Below the pieces are notes generated by a model. That model saw nothing but the letters and a program-made list of their open reading frames with translations. It did not search any database and had not been told where the DNA came from. 64,000 nucleotides of DNA from Acidimicrobiia bacterium (lineage in GTDB: Bacteria > Actinomycetota > Acidimicrobiia > Spongiisociales > ZC4RG35): the NCBI GenBank assembly GCA_965203555.1, contig CBDBCY010000004.1:2656001-2720000 (forward strand), written 5' to 3'. The position numbers and the translations under genes are program-made. Positions 1-9,055 of the stretch are shown piece after piece; the stretch's first letter is position 1, and the number at the start of each line of letters is the position of its first letter.

Positions 1-510
1 CAGACTTTTCTTCAGCTGACCAATGTCACGACCCTGCGGGAGGTCTACAGCTGGATACTGGGTCGTCTGGTGACGGTGGGATGGGGCGACCTGTACGCGG
101 TGCTGCCCTACATGCTGGTCAGCTGGCTGGTGTTGCTGGCATTCCGCAGAGCCCTCGACGTGATGGCCGTGGGAGACGACGAGGCGGCTGCCCTGGGGTT
201 GTCGCCCCGCACCGTAAGACTGATCGTGATCGCGGCGGCCACCCTGGGGGCGGCGGCGGCCGTGTCGGCCAGCGGGCTGATCGCTTTTGTGGGGATCATC
301 GTTCCTCACACGGTCCGGTTGCTGGCCGGTTGGAGCTACAGGGTGATCATTCCGCTGTCGCTCCTGGTGGGAGGCGCCTTTCTTGCCGCCGCTGATCTGG
401 TGGCCCGCACCGTGGTGTCTCCTGCCGAGTTGCCCATCGGGGTGGTGACCGCCTTCCTGGGCGGTCCTTTCTTTCTGATGGTTCTGCGGACCTCTGGAGA
501 TCTGGAGTGA
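1..510 (+). CDS. FecCD/BtuC-family ABC transporter permease (5'-partial), probably cobalamin/corrinoid uptake
   Basis: Frame is open from base 1 (QTFLQLTNVTTLREVYSWILGRL...). Motifs GDDEAAALGL, SGLIAFVGIIVPH and ELPIGVVTAFLGGPFF; operon with cobO. Confidence 0.9.
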   Translation, partial: QTFLQLTNVTTLREVYSWILGRLVTVGWGDLYAVLPYMLVSWLVLLAFRRALDVMAVGDDEAAALGLSPRTVRLIVIAAATLGAAAAVSASGLIAFVGIIVPHTVRLLAGWSYRVIIPLSLLVGGAFLAAADLVARTVVSPAELPIGVVTAFLGGPFFLMVLRTSGDLE

Positions 511-1331
511 CCGGTCTGCAGGTGCGGAACGTCTCGGTGGTCCTGGGAGAAGCCCAGGTCGTTGACTCGGTGACCCTCTCGGTTGAGGAAGGGGAGTGGC
601 TGGGACTGATCGGTCCCAACGGAGCAGGCAAGACCACCTTGCTGAGGGCCATCACCGGCGCCACGGTCACCGACACCGGGGAGGTGAACTACAGGGGAAG
701 GGATTTGAGCCGACTCGGCGCTCGCCAAAGAGCCAAGTTGATGGCGGTGGTCCCTCAAAACCCGGTGGTTCCCTGGGGGATGGGGGTCAGTGATTACGTC
801 CTGCTGGGTCGAACTTCCCATGTCGGATGGCTCGGTCGGGAGACCCGTACCGACTTGGAGATCGCTCACCGGTCCCTACAAGCCCTGGGCCTGGAGAAAC
901 TGTCCCGACGCAGGCTCGATGAACTGTCCGGGGGTGAGTTGCAGAGAGCGGTTCTGGCCCGCGCCCTGACCCAGGACGCTCCACTGCTCATTCTGGATGA
1001 GCCGACCTCTTCTCTCGATATCGGTCACGGACAGCAGATGATGGAAAGGGTCGACCGTCTCAGACATGAACAGCGCCTGACGGTGATCAGCGCCTTGCAC
1101 GACCTGACCTTGGCGGCACAGTTTTGCGACCGTTTGGTGATGATGTCGGGAGGGAAGGCGATCCTGGATGGGCCTCCCCGTTCCGTGATCACCGAAGGCG
1201 CTTTGCGCGACCACTATGGAGCGCAGGTGCGGGTCCTTTCGGGCCCGGAGTTCGGAGTGGTGGTGATCCCCCTTCGAACCGGCGCTGAGGCCGAGGAGGA
1301 AAAAATGATGGGGACCGCCGGCGTTTTATAG
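507..1331 (+). CDS. ABC transporter ATP-binding protein (FepC/BtuD-like)
   Basis: Walker A GPNGAGKT, signature LSGGELQR, Walker B LILDEPT, H-loop LHDL; GTGA overlap with the permease. Confidence 0.93.
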   Translation: MTGLQVRNVSVVLGEAQVVDSVTLSVEEGEWLGLIGPNGAGKTTLLRAITGATVTDTGEVNYRGRDLSRLGARQRAKLMAVVPQNPVVPWGMGVSDYVLLGRTSHVGWLGRETRTDLEIAHRSLQALGLEKLSRRRLDELSGGELQRAVLARALTQDAPLLILDEPTSSLDIGHGQQMMERVDRLRHEQRLTVISALHDLTLAAQFCDRLVMMSGGKAILDGPPRSVITEGALRDHYGAQVRVLSGPEFGVVVIPLRTGAEAEEEKMMGTAGVL

Positions 1332-1354
1332 GATTTGCCGAAAGGAGAACGGAA

Positions 1355-1924
1355 ATGACCATACAGGAAAGGCCGCCCACCGAAGGCCCTTCGATCGGAT
1401 CGGGTCGGGCGCCGTCATTGGTGCTGGTTCACACCGGTCACGGCAAGGGAAAGAGTACCGCCGCGTTCGGAACCATGCTGCGGGCGGTTTCGAGAGGATG
1501 GAAGGTGGCGGTGGTGCAGTTCCTCAAATCGGGTAAGTGGAAAGTTGGGGAGGAGAAGGTCGGACGCAGTCTGGGCGTGGACTGGTGGGCCTTGGGGGAT
1601 GGTTTCACCTGGGACTCTGAGAACATGTCCGAGACCGAAGCAGTGGCGCGAGAAGCTTGGTCCTTTACCCGTCGGCTGGTCTCGGCAGGGACCCACCGGA
1701 TGGTGGTGCTCGACGAAGTGACCTACCCCCTCAACTGGGGATGGATCGACGAGAGTGAGATGCTGGAGATGATCCGCAGTCGACCTTCCCATGTCACCGT
1801 CATACTCACCGGGCGCGATGCTCCCGACTCCCTGATCGAAGCAGCCGACACGGTCACCGAGATGGTCAAAGTCAAACACGCATTCGATCGGGGAATCAGG
1901 GCCCGTCGAGGGATTGATTTCTAA
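1355..1924 (+). CDS. cobO: cob(I)yrinic acid a,c-diamide adenosyltransferase (CobO/BtuR)
   Basis: HTGHGKGKSTAAFG, VQFLKSG, LDE, LTGRDAP, C-terminal KHAF..GI.ARRGIDF; RBS AAGGAG upstream. Confidence 0.93.
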   Translation: MTIQERPPTEGPSIGSGRAPSLVLVHTGHGKGKSTAAFGTMLRAVSRGWKVAVVQFLKSGKWKVGEEKVGRSLGVDWWALGDGFTWDSENMSETEAVAREAWSFTRRLVSAGTHRMVVLDEVTYPLNWGWIDESEMLEMIRSRPSHVTVILTGRDAPDSLIEAADTVTEMVKVKHAFDRGIRARRGIDF

Positions 1925-1926
1925 AT

Positions 1927-2451
1927 GTGATAGAACTTTGGTTGGTTCGGCATGGCGAGACCGACTGGAATCGCGACTTTTTGCTTCAGGGCTGGGTTGA
2001 CACACCCCTCAACAGCACCGGACGCGATCAAGCCCGGGAGTTGGCCGACAGGCTGGCAGGTCGGACATTCACCGGGGTGTGGAGTTCCGACCTTTCCAGG
2101 GCCGTCGACACCGCCCGACTGGCCTTCGGCGAGCCCACCCGGGACGCCGCTTTGCGAGAACTCGATTTTGGCGACATCCAGGGGCTGAATTGGCAGGGGC
2201 TGGCGCCGCAGATGCGGAGAAAGATGATCGCTTTCGACGGGTTCGCCGCGCCCGGGGGAGAGTCGAACCAGCAGATGAAGGAAAGAGTGGTGAAGTTTCT
2301 GGGAGGGCTGGCGGACGGAGTGCATCTCATATTCACTCATGGCGGGGTTATCCGCATGCTGCGCCGCATGTGCGATGATGACCGTTTCCCCCAGCAGTGT
2401 GAGATAGCCAGATTGGATTGGACCAACCGACGCGCTCTCGAGTTGGACTGA
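1927..2451 (+). CDS. Histidine phosphatase family protein (possible CobC-like alpha-ribazole phosphatase)
   Basis: LVRHGETDWN, SSDLSRA, LRELDFG, THGG; directly after cobO. Confidence 0.85.
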   Translation: MIELWLVRHGETDWNRDFLLQGWVDTPLNSTGRDQARELADRLAGRTFTGVWSSDLSRAVDTARLAFGEPTRDAALRELDFGDIQGLNWQGLAPQMRRKMIAFDGFAAPGGESNQQMKERVVKFLGGLADGVHLIFTHGGVIRMLRRMCDDDRFPQQCEIARLDWTNRRALELD

Positions 2452-2508
2452 GCCCAAGCCGCGGAGTGCGAATTCCTGCCGCAACGCGGTGATTAATCTC
2501 AGAGGAGA

Positions 2509-3207
2509 GTGCGGGAACCAGTGACCACCGGACGATGGACGATCCCTGACCTGGCCATGATCGCCCTGGCCGGTCTGGTAGGTTCGATCCTGCCGGTTAT
2601 TCTCGGTGCGGGGACCGATGTGATCCTGCTCCTGGTGGGTCAGTTCGTGTTTACCGCCGCAGCGCTGTGGTTGGTGGGAAAGGCCCGCGGGAGAGACTTT
2701 CAGCACCTCGGGTTCGTGGTGGAGGTCCGGGACGGGCTGATGCTTTTTCTGGGGGCAGGACTGCAGATTCTCTTCGCCATCCTGTTCCTGCCCCTGGCGA
2801 TGCTGGTGGGATTGGAGAGCGAGCCACAGTCTCTGGCCGGCGAAATCGCCGGCGCCTCGGGGACTTACCGACGGCTGGCGCTGTTACTGCTGGTGGGCCT
2901 AATGGGTCCCATTCTGGAGGAACTGATGTTTCGAGGGGTTCTGATCGTGGCCCTGGTCGGTCGATTCAAGGCGAAGGGGGTGATCATCGGTTCGTCCGCC
3001 GCCTTCTCGGCTTTCCACATAGTTGGAGTCTCCACGGTTCAGCCACTGGAGTCCAGTGTGGTGCTGGTTCCCCAGTTGTTCCTGTTCGGAGCGGTGTTGG
3101 CCTACCTTCGAATCATGAGAGAACGACTGGGGCCGGCAATCTTCGCCCATGCCGGATTCAATCTGCTGAGCCTGTCGGTACTTCTCTTCTTTCCCGAGTT
3201 GCTGTAA
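2509..3207 (+). CDS. CPBP (CAAX/Abi) family intramembrane glutamic metalloprotease
   Basis: EELMFRG, FSAFH and HAGFN motifs; multiple TM segments. Confidence 0.88.
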   Translation: MREPVTTGRWTIPDLAMIALAGLVGSILPVILGAGTDVILLLVGQFVFTAAALWLVGKARGRDFQHLGFVVEVRDGLMLFLGAGLQILFAILFLPLAMLVGLESEPQSLAGEIAGASGTYRRLALLLLVGLMGPILEELMFRGVLIVALVGRFKAKGVIIGSSAAFSAFHIVGVSTVQPLESSVVLVPQLFLFGAVLAYLRIMRERLGPAIFAHAGFNLLSLSVLLFFPELL

Positions 3208-3209
3208 AA

Positions 3210-4385
3210 TCAGAAGTCAAACGCCGGCAGCCGTCGTTCCAGCAACGCTTCATAGGGATCCTCCACCCGCAATGACGGGCGTTCTGCACGAATATCGTCC
3301 CAAACTGCACGCATTTCCGGAGTGGCGCGATATCGGCGGCCTCGTTTCTCCCCAATGGCCTTCAGGAGACCGGCTCGGTGCATAGCCAGCAGGTCACGGG
3401 TTCCTGTCATATCGCTGATTTCCTCGGATAGTGATTTGTTGACGATTTTGACGTAGAGCGACCGCCAGAGAGTGCGGCCACGGGCAGCATCTTCGAGTGC
3501 TCCGACAACCCGGTCCGGGAGTCTGTGCCGGGTGGCGAGATCCTGGCACCGGGTGGAAAGCGCTTCGAACTGCTCCGTCCGCCTCTGCAAAGTACGGGCT
3601 TGCCGATAGTGGGCCGTGAGGCAAAATTTGATCCAGGGGCCGGTACTTAGCTCTGGCTCCCATCTACCGTGATGGACTGTGCTCAATGCCCTGTAGTAAC
3701 TAGGGGTGTTACGTCCCAGGTACTCCTCGATACTCGAGAAGACCGTGTCCAGGATGCCTTCCGATGCGAGGACAAGAGTCTGAACACAGCGAGCCATCCT
3801 CCCATTACCGTCGCTCCAAGGGTGGACCATTACGAGGTTCAGGTGCGCCATGGCGGCGGTGACCATGGTTGGATGGGTGCTTTGGTTGATAGCGTCAAGG
3901 GTTTCTGTCACTAACTCCTCCACCAAATCCCGGCTCGGGGCGGTGTATACCACCTGCCCGGTTTCGTCGGTGACGTAAATCGGACCAGGCCGCCACTGGC
4001 CCGGATTCTTTTTTAGGTTGTATTTCATGATCATGAAGTGCAGGCCTAAGAGGATCGAGCGGTCAATTCTCTGATCGGATTTTGCCAACTGCATCACGTA
4101 AGTCATAGCGTCGCGGTAGCCGGCTATGGCGTGCCGGGTCTCTTGGCGGGTGTCCATGGGTTCCTCTTCTTCGATCACGGCAGCCACGTCCTCGGCGGTT
4201 GCGTGGTAGCCCTCGATGGAATTGGAACCTTGAACTGCTCGGGCAAAGGATGCCCGGCGTAGGGTTCCATACCATCGGCGTGGGTAGTGGAGGCGGAAGC
4301 GGAGCGTCTTACGGAGTGCGGCAATGGATTCCAGCACTTGCTGGTCGGCGTCTGTCAGGTCGGGTGGTTGATAAATCTTTGACAT
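3210..4385 (-). CDS. Fic family protein (class II, C-terminal winged helix)
   Basis: Fic motif HPWSDGNGRMAR; N-terminal inhibitory-type motif SNSIEG; C-terminal DLLAMHRAGLLKAIGEKRGRRY. Start moved to ATG 4385 (MSKIYQPP). Confidence 0.9.
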   Translation of the reverse strand: MSKIYQPPDLTDADQQVLESIAALRKTLRFRLHYPRRWYGTLRRASFARAVQGSNSIEGYHATAEDVAAVIEEEEPMDTRQETRHAIAGYRDAMTYVMQLAKSDQRIDRSILLGLHFMIMKYNLKKNPGQWRPGPIYVTDETGQVVYTAPSRDLVEELVTETLDAINQSTHPTMVTAAMAHLNLVMVHPWSDGNGRMARCVQTLVLASEGILDTVFSSIEEYLGRNTPSYYRALSTVHHGRWEPELSTGPWIKFCLTAHYRQARTLQRRTEQFEALSTRCQDLATRHRLPDRVVGALEDAARGRTLWRSLYVKIVNKSLSEEISDMTGTRDLLAMHRAGLLKAIGEKRGRRYRATPEMRAVWDDIRAERPSLRVEDPYEALLERRLPAFDF

Positions 4386-4414
4386 GTCAATTATTAATGG
4401 TCTTATGGATAGTC

Positions 4415-4437
4415 TGCGTCTATAAATTATAGATGCA
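4415..4437. promoter_or_regulatory. Palindromic putative operator upstream of the fic gene
   Basis: TGCGTCTATAA-A-TTATAGATGCA, a near-perfect inverted repeat in an AT-rich patch 30 nt upstream of the fic start. Confidence 0.5.
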
Positions 4438-4607
4438 ATTAGATGGTAGGTAACTAACACGCCAGGTTAGGACCTCCGGGCTTATAGGTGAGGCCAGCCG
4501 ATGGACCGCGCATTAGGGGCGGCCAACCGGTCCAATGCGGCAGAACCCCACGTTTCAAGGACCTGTGGGCGGCGGCACGCCTTTTCGAATTTGGTAGCTT
4601 CCTTTCG

Positions 4608-5516
4608 ATGGAGGAGAGCGGACTGCGCCCAGGACAGCCGGGCGCGGGCGCGGGGCGGCCGTTGGCGAAGAAGGGGACCCTGCTGGCGGTGGGGGCGGTG
4701 ATGCTGTTCGGCTGTTTCGCGGTGGTGGCCATCGATGTGCTTCAATACCACACTTCCGCGGAGTTGACCTTCCGGAATTCGATCATCTCGGGGGTGGTGC
4801 TGGGGGTGGCCGCCGCCCGCAGGGGTGGGCTCCGTCCTCAGGGCCGCCTGGGAATCCTGTTAGGAATGGGCGGCTGCGTGGCGGCGATGGCGCTGTTGTT
4901 CTTCACGGCTCTCGAGAGGCTGGGCGCCGGACCGGCAATCACCCTTCAGTTCATCACGGTGCTGGTGGTGATGGTGTGGACCCAGGCGGTGCGGAAGGCA
5001 CGGATTCCCACGGTTGCCTGGGTGGCCGGGGCGGTGACCGTACTGGGGATATCCTTGGTGGTGGAGGCCTGGGTCTGGGAAACGGTGGATGTGGTGGGGA
5101 TCACGACGGGGGCGGGGTCTGCGGTTTTTCTGGCAGGGTACCTGCTGTTGGCCGATCGTGCGGCAGAACACCTTTCCCCCTGGACCATCTCTGCCTACGC
5201 GATGGGAATCGCGGCATTGTTGGTGCTGCCGATTTCCGGGATAGGACCCATGGATCTGCCGGCATCCCACTGGTGGTCGGTCCTGGCCCTCGGTGTGGTC
5301 GGAACCGCGGTGCCGGTGGTGTTGGAGGTGGCCGCGGTGCGCCACGCCGGGCCGGGGCCGGTGGGAATGATCATCCTCACCCAGCCGGTGGTGGGCAGCG
5401 TCGCCGCCTGGTTCCTCGTGGGACAGATCCTCAGCCCGATACAGGTAGTGGGCATCGGGATCTCCCTGGCCGCAGTGCTACTGGTGCAACTAAAAGTCAC
5501 CGAGGCTCTGGCATAG
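4608..5516 (+). CDS. EamA/DMT family transporter (copy 1)
   Basis: About 10 TM helices with two EamA-like repeats (LFFTALERLGAGPA; LGVVGTAVP...QPVVG..AAWFLVGQILS). TAGCTT -10 box lies 7 nt before ATG 4608. Confidence 0.85.
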   Translation: MEESGLRPGQPGAGAGRPLAKKGTLLAVGAVMLFGCFAVVAIDVLQYHTSAELTFRNSIISGVVLGVAAARRGGLRPQGRLGILLGMGGCVAAMALLFFTALERLGAGPAITLQFITVLVVMVWTQAVRKARIPTVAWVAGAVTVLGISLVVEAWVWETVDVVGITTGAGSAVFLAGYLLLADRAAEHLSPWTISAYAMGIAALLVLPISGIGPMDLPASHWWSVLALGVVGTAVPVVLEVAAVRHAGPGPVGMIILTQPVVGSVAAWFLVGQILSPIQVVGIGISLAAVLLVQLKVTEALA

Positions 5517-5529
5517 CGTCAACCTGGGA

Positions 5530-5564
5530 TCAGGTACCCGACCGCCATCCTGACATGTGTTCCC
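5530..5564 (-). repeat. Fossil copy of the ahcY 3' end (EHMSGWRSGT*)
   Basis: 30/35 nt identical to 6609-6643; 4 of the 5 differences are synonymous in the ahcY frame. Confidence 0.85.
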
Positions 5565-5673
5565 CCCGGACTATGTGAGTCCTCCGCCGAGGGCGCCACC
5601 GGCCATCAGGGCATCGGGGCTTTGGTATGCAATAGGTGATGGCCGCTTGCACCAGGTTGGTAACTTCTCTTTG

Positions 5674-6582
5674 ATGAGCGTGGGCCGAATTGACGAGGGC
5701 AAACCCGGCCCGGGTTTCGTGAGACCCCAGGCGCGGAGGGGGACCCTGCTGGCGATTGTGGTGGTATTGCTGTTCGGTTACTTCGCGGTGGTGGTGATCC
5801 AACTGCTCGACTATCACAGATCCATCGAGTTGGCCCAGCGCCACCAGGCGATCGCCGGGCTGGTGCTGCTGGTGGCGGCCCTGCGAAAGGGGCGCCTCCA
5901 TCCACGCGGCCGTCTCGGAACGCTGGTCATTACGGGCTGCGCCATGGCGGTGATGGCAATGCTGCTCTTTACCGGCCTGGAGAGATTGGGGGCCGGTCCG
6001 GCCATGACCCTGCAGTTCGTAGCGGTGCTGGCGGTGATGGTCTGGGCGCAGGTGATAGGAGGGGTCCGAGTGCCGTTGGTTGCCTGGCTGGCGGGGCTGG
6101 TCACCATGCTGGGCATCTGCATGGTGGTGGAGGCTTGGGTATGGGAACGGGTGGACCTGATAGGGATAGCCGCGGGGGTGGGGTCAGCGCTGTTCCTGGG
6201 CGCCTACTTTCTATTGGTCGACCACCTGGCAGAGCAACTCCCGCCGCTCACCATCGCCACCTATGCCTTGTTGACAGCCGCTTTGTTCCTGACGCCCGGC
6301 GCCGGGTTGGGTCCCCTGGATCTGCCGGTCCCCCAGTGGTGGTGGCTGCTGGCCCTGGGCGTGATGGGGACGGCTGTCCCGATGTTGCTGGAGGTGATCG
6401 CCATCCGCCTGGCGGGTCCGGGTCCGGTGGGGATGATCCTGCTCACCCAGCCGGTGGTGGGAGGGGTGGCGGCCTGGATCATGCTGGGACAAGCCTTGTC
6501 CCCGGGCCAGATCTTGGGGATCGCCGTTTCGCTGGCGGGGATCCTGTTGGTCCAGATCAAGTTGGCCGAGGCGCGTTCGTAG
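5674..6582 (+). CDS. EamA/DMT family transporter (copy 2, paralog of 4608-5516)
   Basis: Colinear with copy 1 (e.g. VVEAWVWE, GPGPVGMI.LTQPVVG). TAACTT -10 box lies 7 nt before ATG 5674. Confidence 0.85.
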   Translation: MSVGRIDEGKPGPGFVRPQARRGTLLAIVVVLLFGYFAVVVIQLLDYHRSIELAQRHQAIAGLVLLVAALRKGRLHPRGRLGTLVITGCAMAVMAMLLFTGLERLGAGPAMTLQFVAVLAVMVWAQVIGGVRVPLVAWLAGLVTMLGICMVVEAWVWERVDLIGIAAGVGSALFLGAYFLLVDHLAEQLPPLTIATYALLTAALFLTPGAGLGPLDLPVPQWWWLLALGVMGTAVPMLLEVIAIRLAGPGPVGMILLTQPVVGGVAAWIMLGQALSPGQILGIAVSLAGILLVQIKLAEARS

Positions 6583-6608
6583 CTCGACCACCGGTTCGTC
6601 AGCCGGGA

Positions 6609-7856
6609 TCAGGTCCCTGATCGCCATCCCGACATGTATTCCCGTTGCTCCCCGGTCAACTCCTCCAGCCGTCCCCCCAGCGCCTCGATCTTGATGCGGG
6701 CCACCATCTGGTCTATATCGGTCGGCAGCACGTAGACCTGGGGCGTCAGGGAACCGTGGTTCGCGACCAGCCAACGCAGCGCCAGGACCTGGTTGGCGAA
6801 GGATAGGTCCATGACGTCGGCGGGGTGCCCTTCGGCTGCTCCCAGGTTGGCCAGACGGCCCTCCGCTACCAGAAACAGTCGACGCCCGTCATCCATTCGG
6901 AACTCCTCCAGGTTGGGACGAACCGTTCGTCGCTCCGCCGCCTGGTCGGCCAGAGCCTTGACGTCGATCTCCACGTCGAAATGGCCGGCGTTGGCCAGAA
7001 TCGCCCCGTCCTTCATCAGGTCAAGGTGACTCTCGGCCAGAACGTGCCGGTTGCCGGTCACGGTGATAAAGATATCCCCCTCCGCGGCGGCCTGCTGAGC
7101 CGTGAGGACCCGGTAACCGTCCATCAGGGCGCGCAGCGCTCTGACCGCGTCCACTTCCACCACGATCACCCGGGCGCCCAGGCCGTCTGCCCGGATGGCC
7201 ACGCCCTGTCCGCAGTGGCCGTAGCCCACTACCACCACCGTGGAACCGGCCACCAGCAGGTTGGTGGAGCGGATAATCCCGTCCAGGGTCGACTGACCGG
7301 TGCCGTAGTAGTTGTCGAACAGATGCTTGGTGGCGGAATCGTTCACCGCCACCACCGGAATCCGCAGGGCGCCTTCCCGGGACATGGCCCGCAGACGATT
7401 TACCCCGGTGGTGGTCTCTTCCGTGGCCCCCATAGGCGAGAGTTCGGGATGGCGGCGATGAAGGGCGGAGATCACGTCACCTCCGTCGTCCACCAACAGA
7501 TGGGGCCTGCGGCTTAGCACCTCCTCGATGTGGCGGTGGTAGCGGTCCGCGTCCTCTCCGCGGATGGCCATCACCTCCATCCCCTCGGCTGCCAGTGCGG
7601 CGGCCACGTCGTCCTGGGTGGAGAGAGGATTGGATGCGCACAGAGAGATTTCAGCCCCGGCGTCTGCCAGAGCGAGCATCAGATTGGCGGTCTCGGAGGT
7701 CACATGCAGGCAGGCGCCCACTCTCAAGCCGTCGAGCGGACGGTCATCTGAGAGTTGTTTCCGGACAGCGCCGAGCACCGGCATCCGGCTGGCGGCCCAC
7801 TCCACCCTCATCCGACCCTGTGGCGCCAGCCCGGGATCGGCCAGGTCAGAAGGCAT
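6609..7856 (-). CDS. ahcY: Adenosylhomocysteinase (SAH hydrolase)
   Basis: GACLHVT.ETA, ASNPLSTQD, EETTTG, KHLFDNYYGTGQS, GYGHCGQG, EGRLANLGAAEGHP. Confidence 0.97.
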   Translation of the reverse strand: MPSDLADPGLAPQGRMRVEWAASRMPVLGAVRKQLSDDRPLDGLRVGACLHVTSETANLMLALADAGAEISLCASNPLSTQDDVAAALAAEGMEVMAIRGEDADRYHRHIEEVLSRRPHLLVDDGGDVISALHRRHPELSPMGATEETTTGVNRLRAMSREGALRIPVVAVNDSATKHLFDNYYGTGQSTLDGIIRSTNLLVAGSTVVVVGYGHCGQGVAIRADGLGARVIVVEVDAVRALRALMDGYRVLTAQQAAAEGDIFITVTGNRHVLAESHLDLMKDGAILANAGHFDVEIDVKALADQAAERRTVRPNLEEFRMDDGRRLFLVAEGRLANLGAAEGHPADVMDLSFANQVLALRWLVANHGSLTPQVYVLPTDIDQMVARIKIEALGGRLEELTGEQREYMSGWRSGT

Positions 7857-8898
7857 GCGTACCGGAGTTCGGATCGGACGAGATCTGCATGAGTTCCTTG
7901 AGACGGTCGATCAACTTCACTGTCATGGGATCGGCGCCTGAGCGTCGGGCCAGTTCCCAGGAAAAGAGATCCCCCATGGACACCAGGCTGATCAGCCGCG
8001 CCAGTGGTGATATTCCTTGGGTCCAAACCCCTCCCACCCAGGTGACCCGGTCGGCGGTGAGTCTCTCCAGTAGTTCGAATCCACGGGATACGCCGGGATG
8101 TTCGTCACTGTCTCGCAGTGCGATGATGCCCACCCGCCGGCGCGCCAGTCCCTGGGGAAGATCCCAACCGACTATCTCGTTGTGAGTGGCCTCCGGCAGG
8201 ACTCCGATAAAGGCGGACCGCTTGGCGTTTTCGTTGGTCTGCGTCTTCCATCGGTAGGCGGCCACCCGGGTGAGCGGCGCAGACCCGTAGATACCCACCA
8301 TCCTGCCTCCCATGGCTGCCGCCAACTCCGAGGCAAGACCCATACCCTCCCCCTTGGGACCGGAAAGGCTGTCGGCTATCTGTGCGGCTTCTTCAAGAGC
8401 AGGTGTGCAGTCCTCGATGATCCCGGCCTGGTCGGCCACTCTCAGCAGCGCCGACAGTCCGAATCCCAGGGCTGACCGGGGCTGGTACCCCCCTGGTATC
8501 AACACCAGTTGATGCCCGGCCAGCGCGGCTCGTTCCGCCAACTCGCCTCCGGAGGTGATGGCAGTCACCCACAGCCCCAGGTCCCGGGCCGACTTCCAGG
8601 CGGAAAGCGTTTCGGCCGTGTTTCCCGAGTAGGAGACCACCACCACCGAGGGCCGCAGGTTGGCCGCCCACCGGGGCAGTCCGTAGTTCTTGTGAACCGT
8701 GGTGCGCCAGCCCTCGGCGGCCGCCACAGCCTGCAGGAAGTCTCCGCTGATACCCGATCCCCCCATTCCGCACACCAGGAGTTCTCTTTCCTTCGTCTTG
8801 ACCGGCTCCAGCGCCAGGTCTGCACCCCAGCGCAACTGGGCGCCCAGGGCGGTCATCTGGAATCTCATCTCCGCCAGCCGGGAGTGGCTTTTAGTCAT
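7846..8898 (-). CDS. Bifunctional phosphoglucose/phosphomannose isomerase (SIS domain)
   Basis: GMGGSGISGD, SYSGNTAET, TSGG, RWKTQTNENAK, PEATHNEIVGW. Confidence 0.9.
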   Translation of the reverse strand: MTKSHSRLAEMRFQMTALGAQLRWGADLALEPVKTKERELLVCGMGGSGISGDFLQAVAAAEGWRTTVHKNYGLPRWAANLRPSVVVVSYSGNTAETLSAWKSARDLGLWVTAITSGGELAERAALAGHQLVLIPGGYQPRSALGFGLSALLRVADQAGIIEDCTPALEEAAQIADSLSGPKGEGMGLASELAAAMGGRMVGIYGSAPLTRVAAYRWKTQTNENAKRSAFIGVLPEATHNEIVGWDLPQGLARRRVGIIALRDSDEHPGVSRGFELLERLTADRVTWVGGVWTQGISPLARLISLVSMGDLFSWELARRSGADPMTVKLIDRLKELMQISSDPNSGTHAF

Positions 8899-9055
8899 CT
8901 ACCACTGTCATTATGGGAACGCCGTCGGCATTTATCAAGTAGGACCGTTCGCAACGGTCGCAGAGGAGCGTGGTTTCCTGCTCGACCAGGAGCAGTTTCT
9001 CCTTGCACACCGGGCATGCCAGGATGGCCGGCAGTTGCGGATCGATGAGGCCCAT
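8891..9055 (-). CDS. Trm112 family protein (54 aa; absent from ORF track)
   Basis: Hand translation MGLIDPQLPAILACPVCKEKLLLVEQETTLLCDRCERSYLINADGVPIMTVVDD*, with LACPxCK...CxxC...Y.I..GVP.M pattern. Abuts the manB stop and overlaps the SIS gene start. Confidence 0.9.
   Translation of the reverse strand: MGLIDPQLPAILACPVCKEKLLLVEQETTLLCDRCERSYLINADGVPIMTVVDD

Noticed and set aside
1-70. Cobalamin riboswitch for the btu/cobO operon
   Set aside because: Would lie upstream of the window; not visible here.
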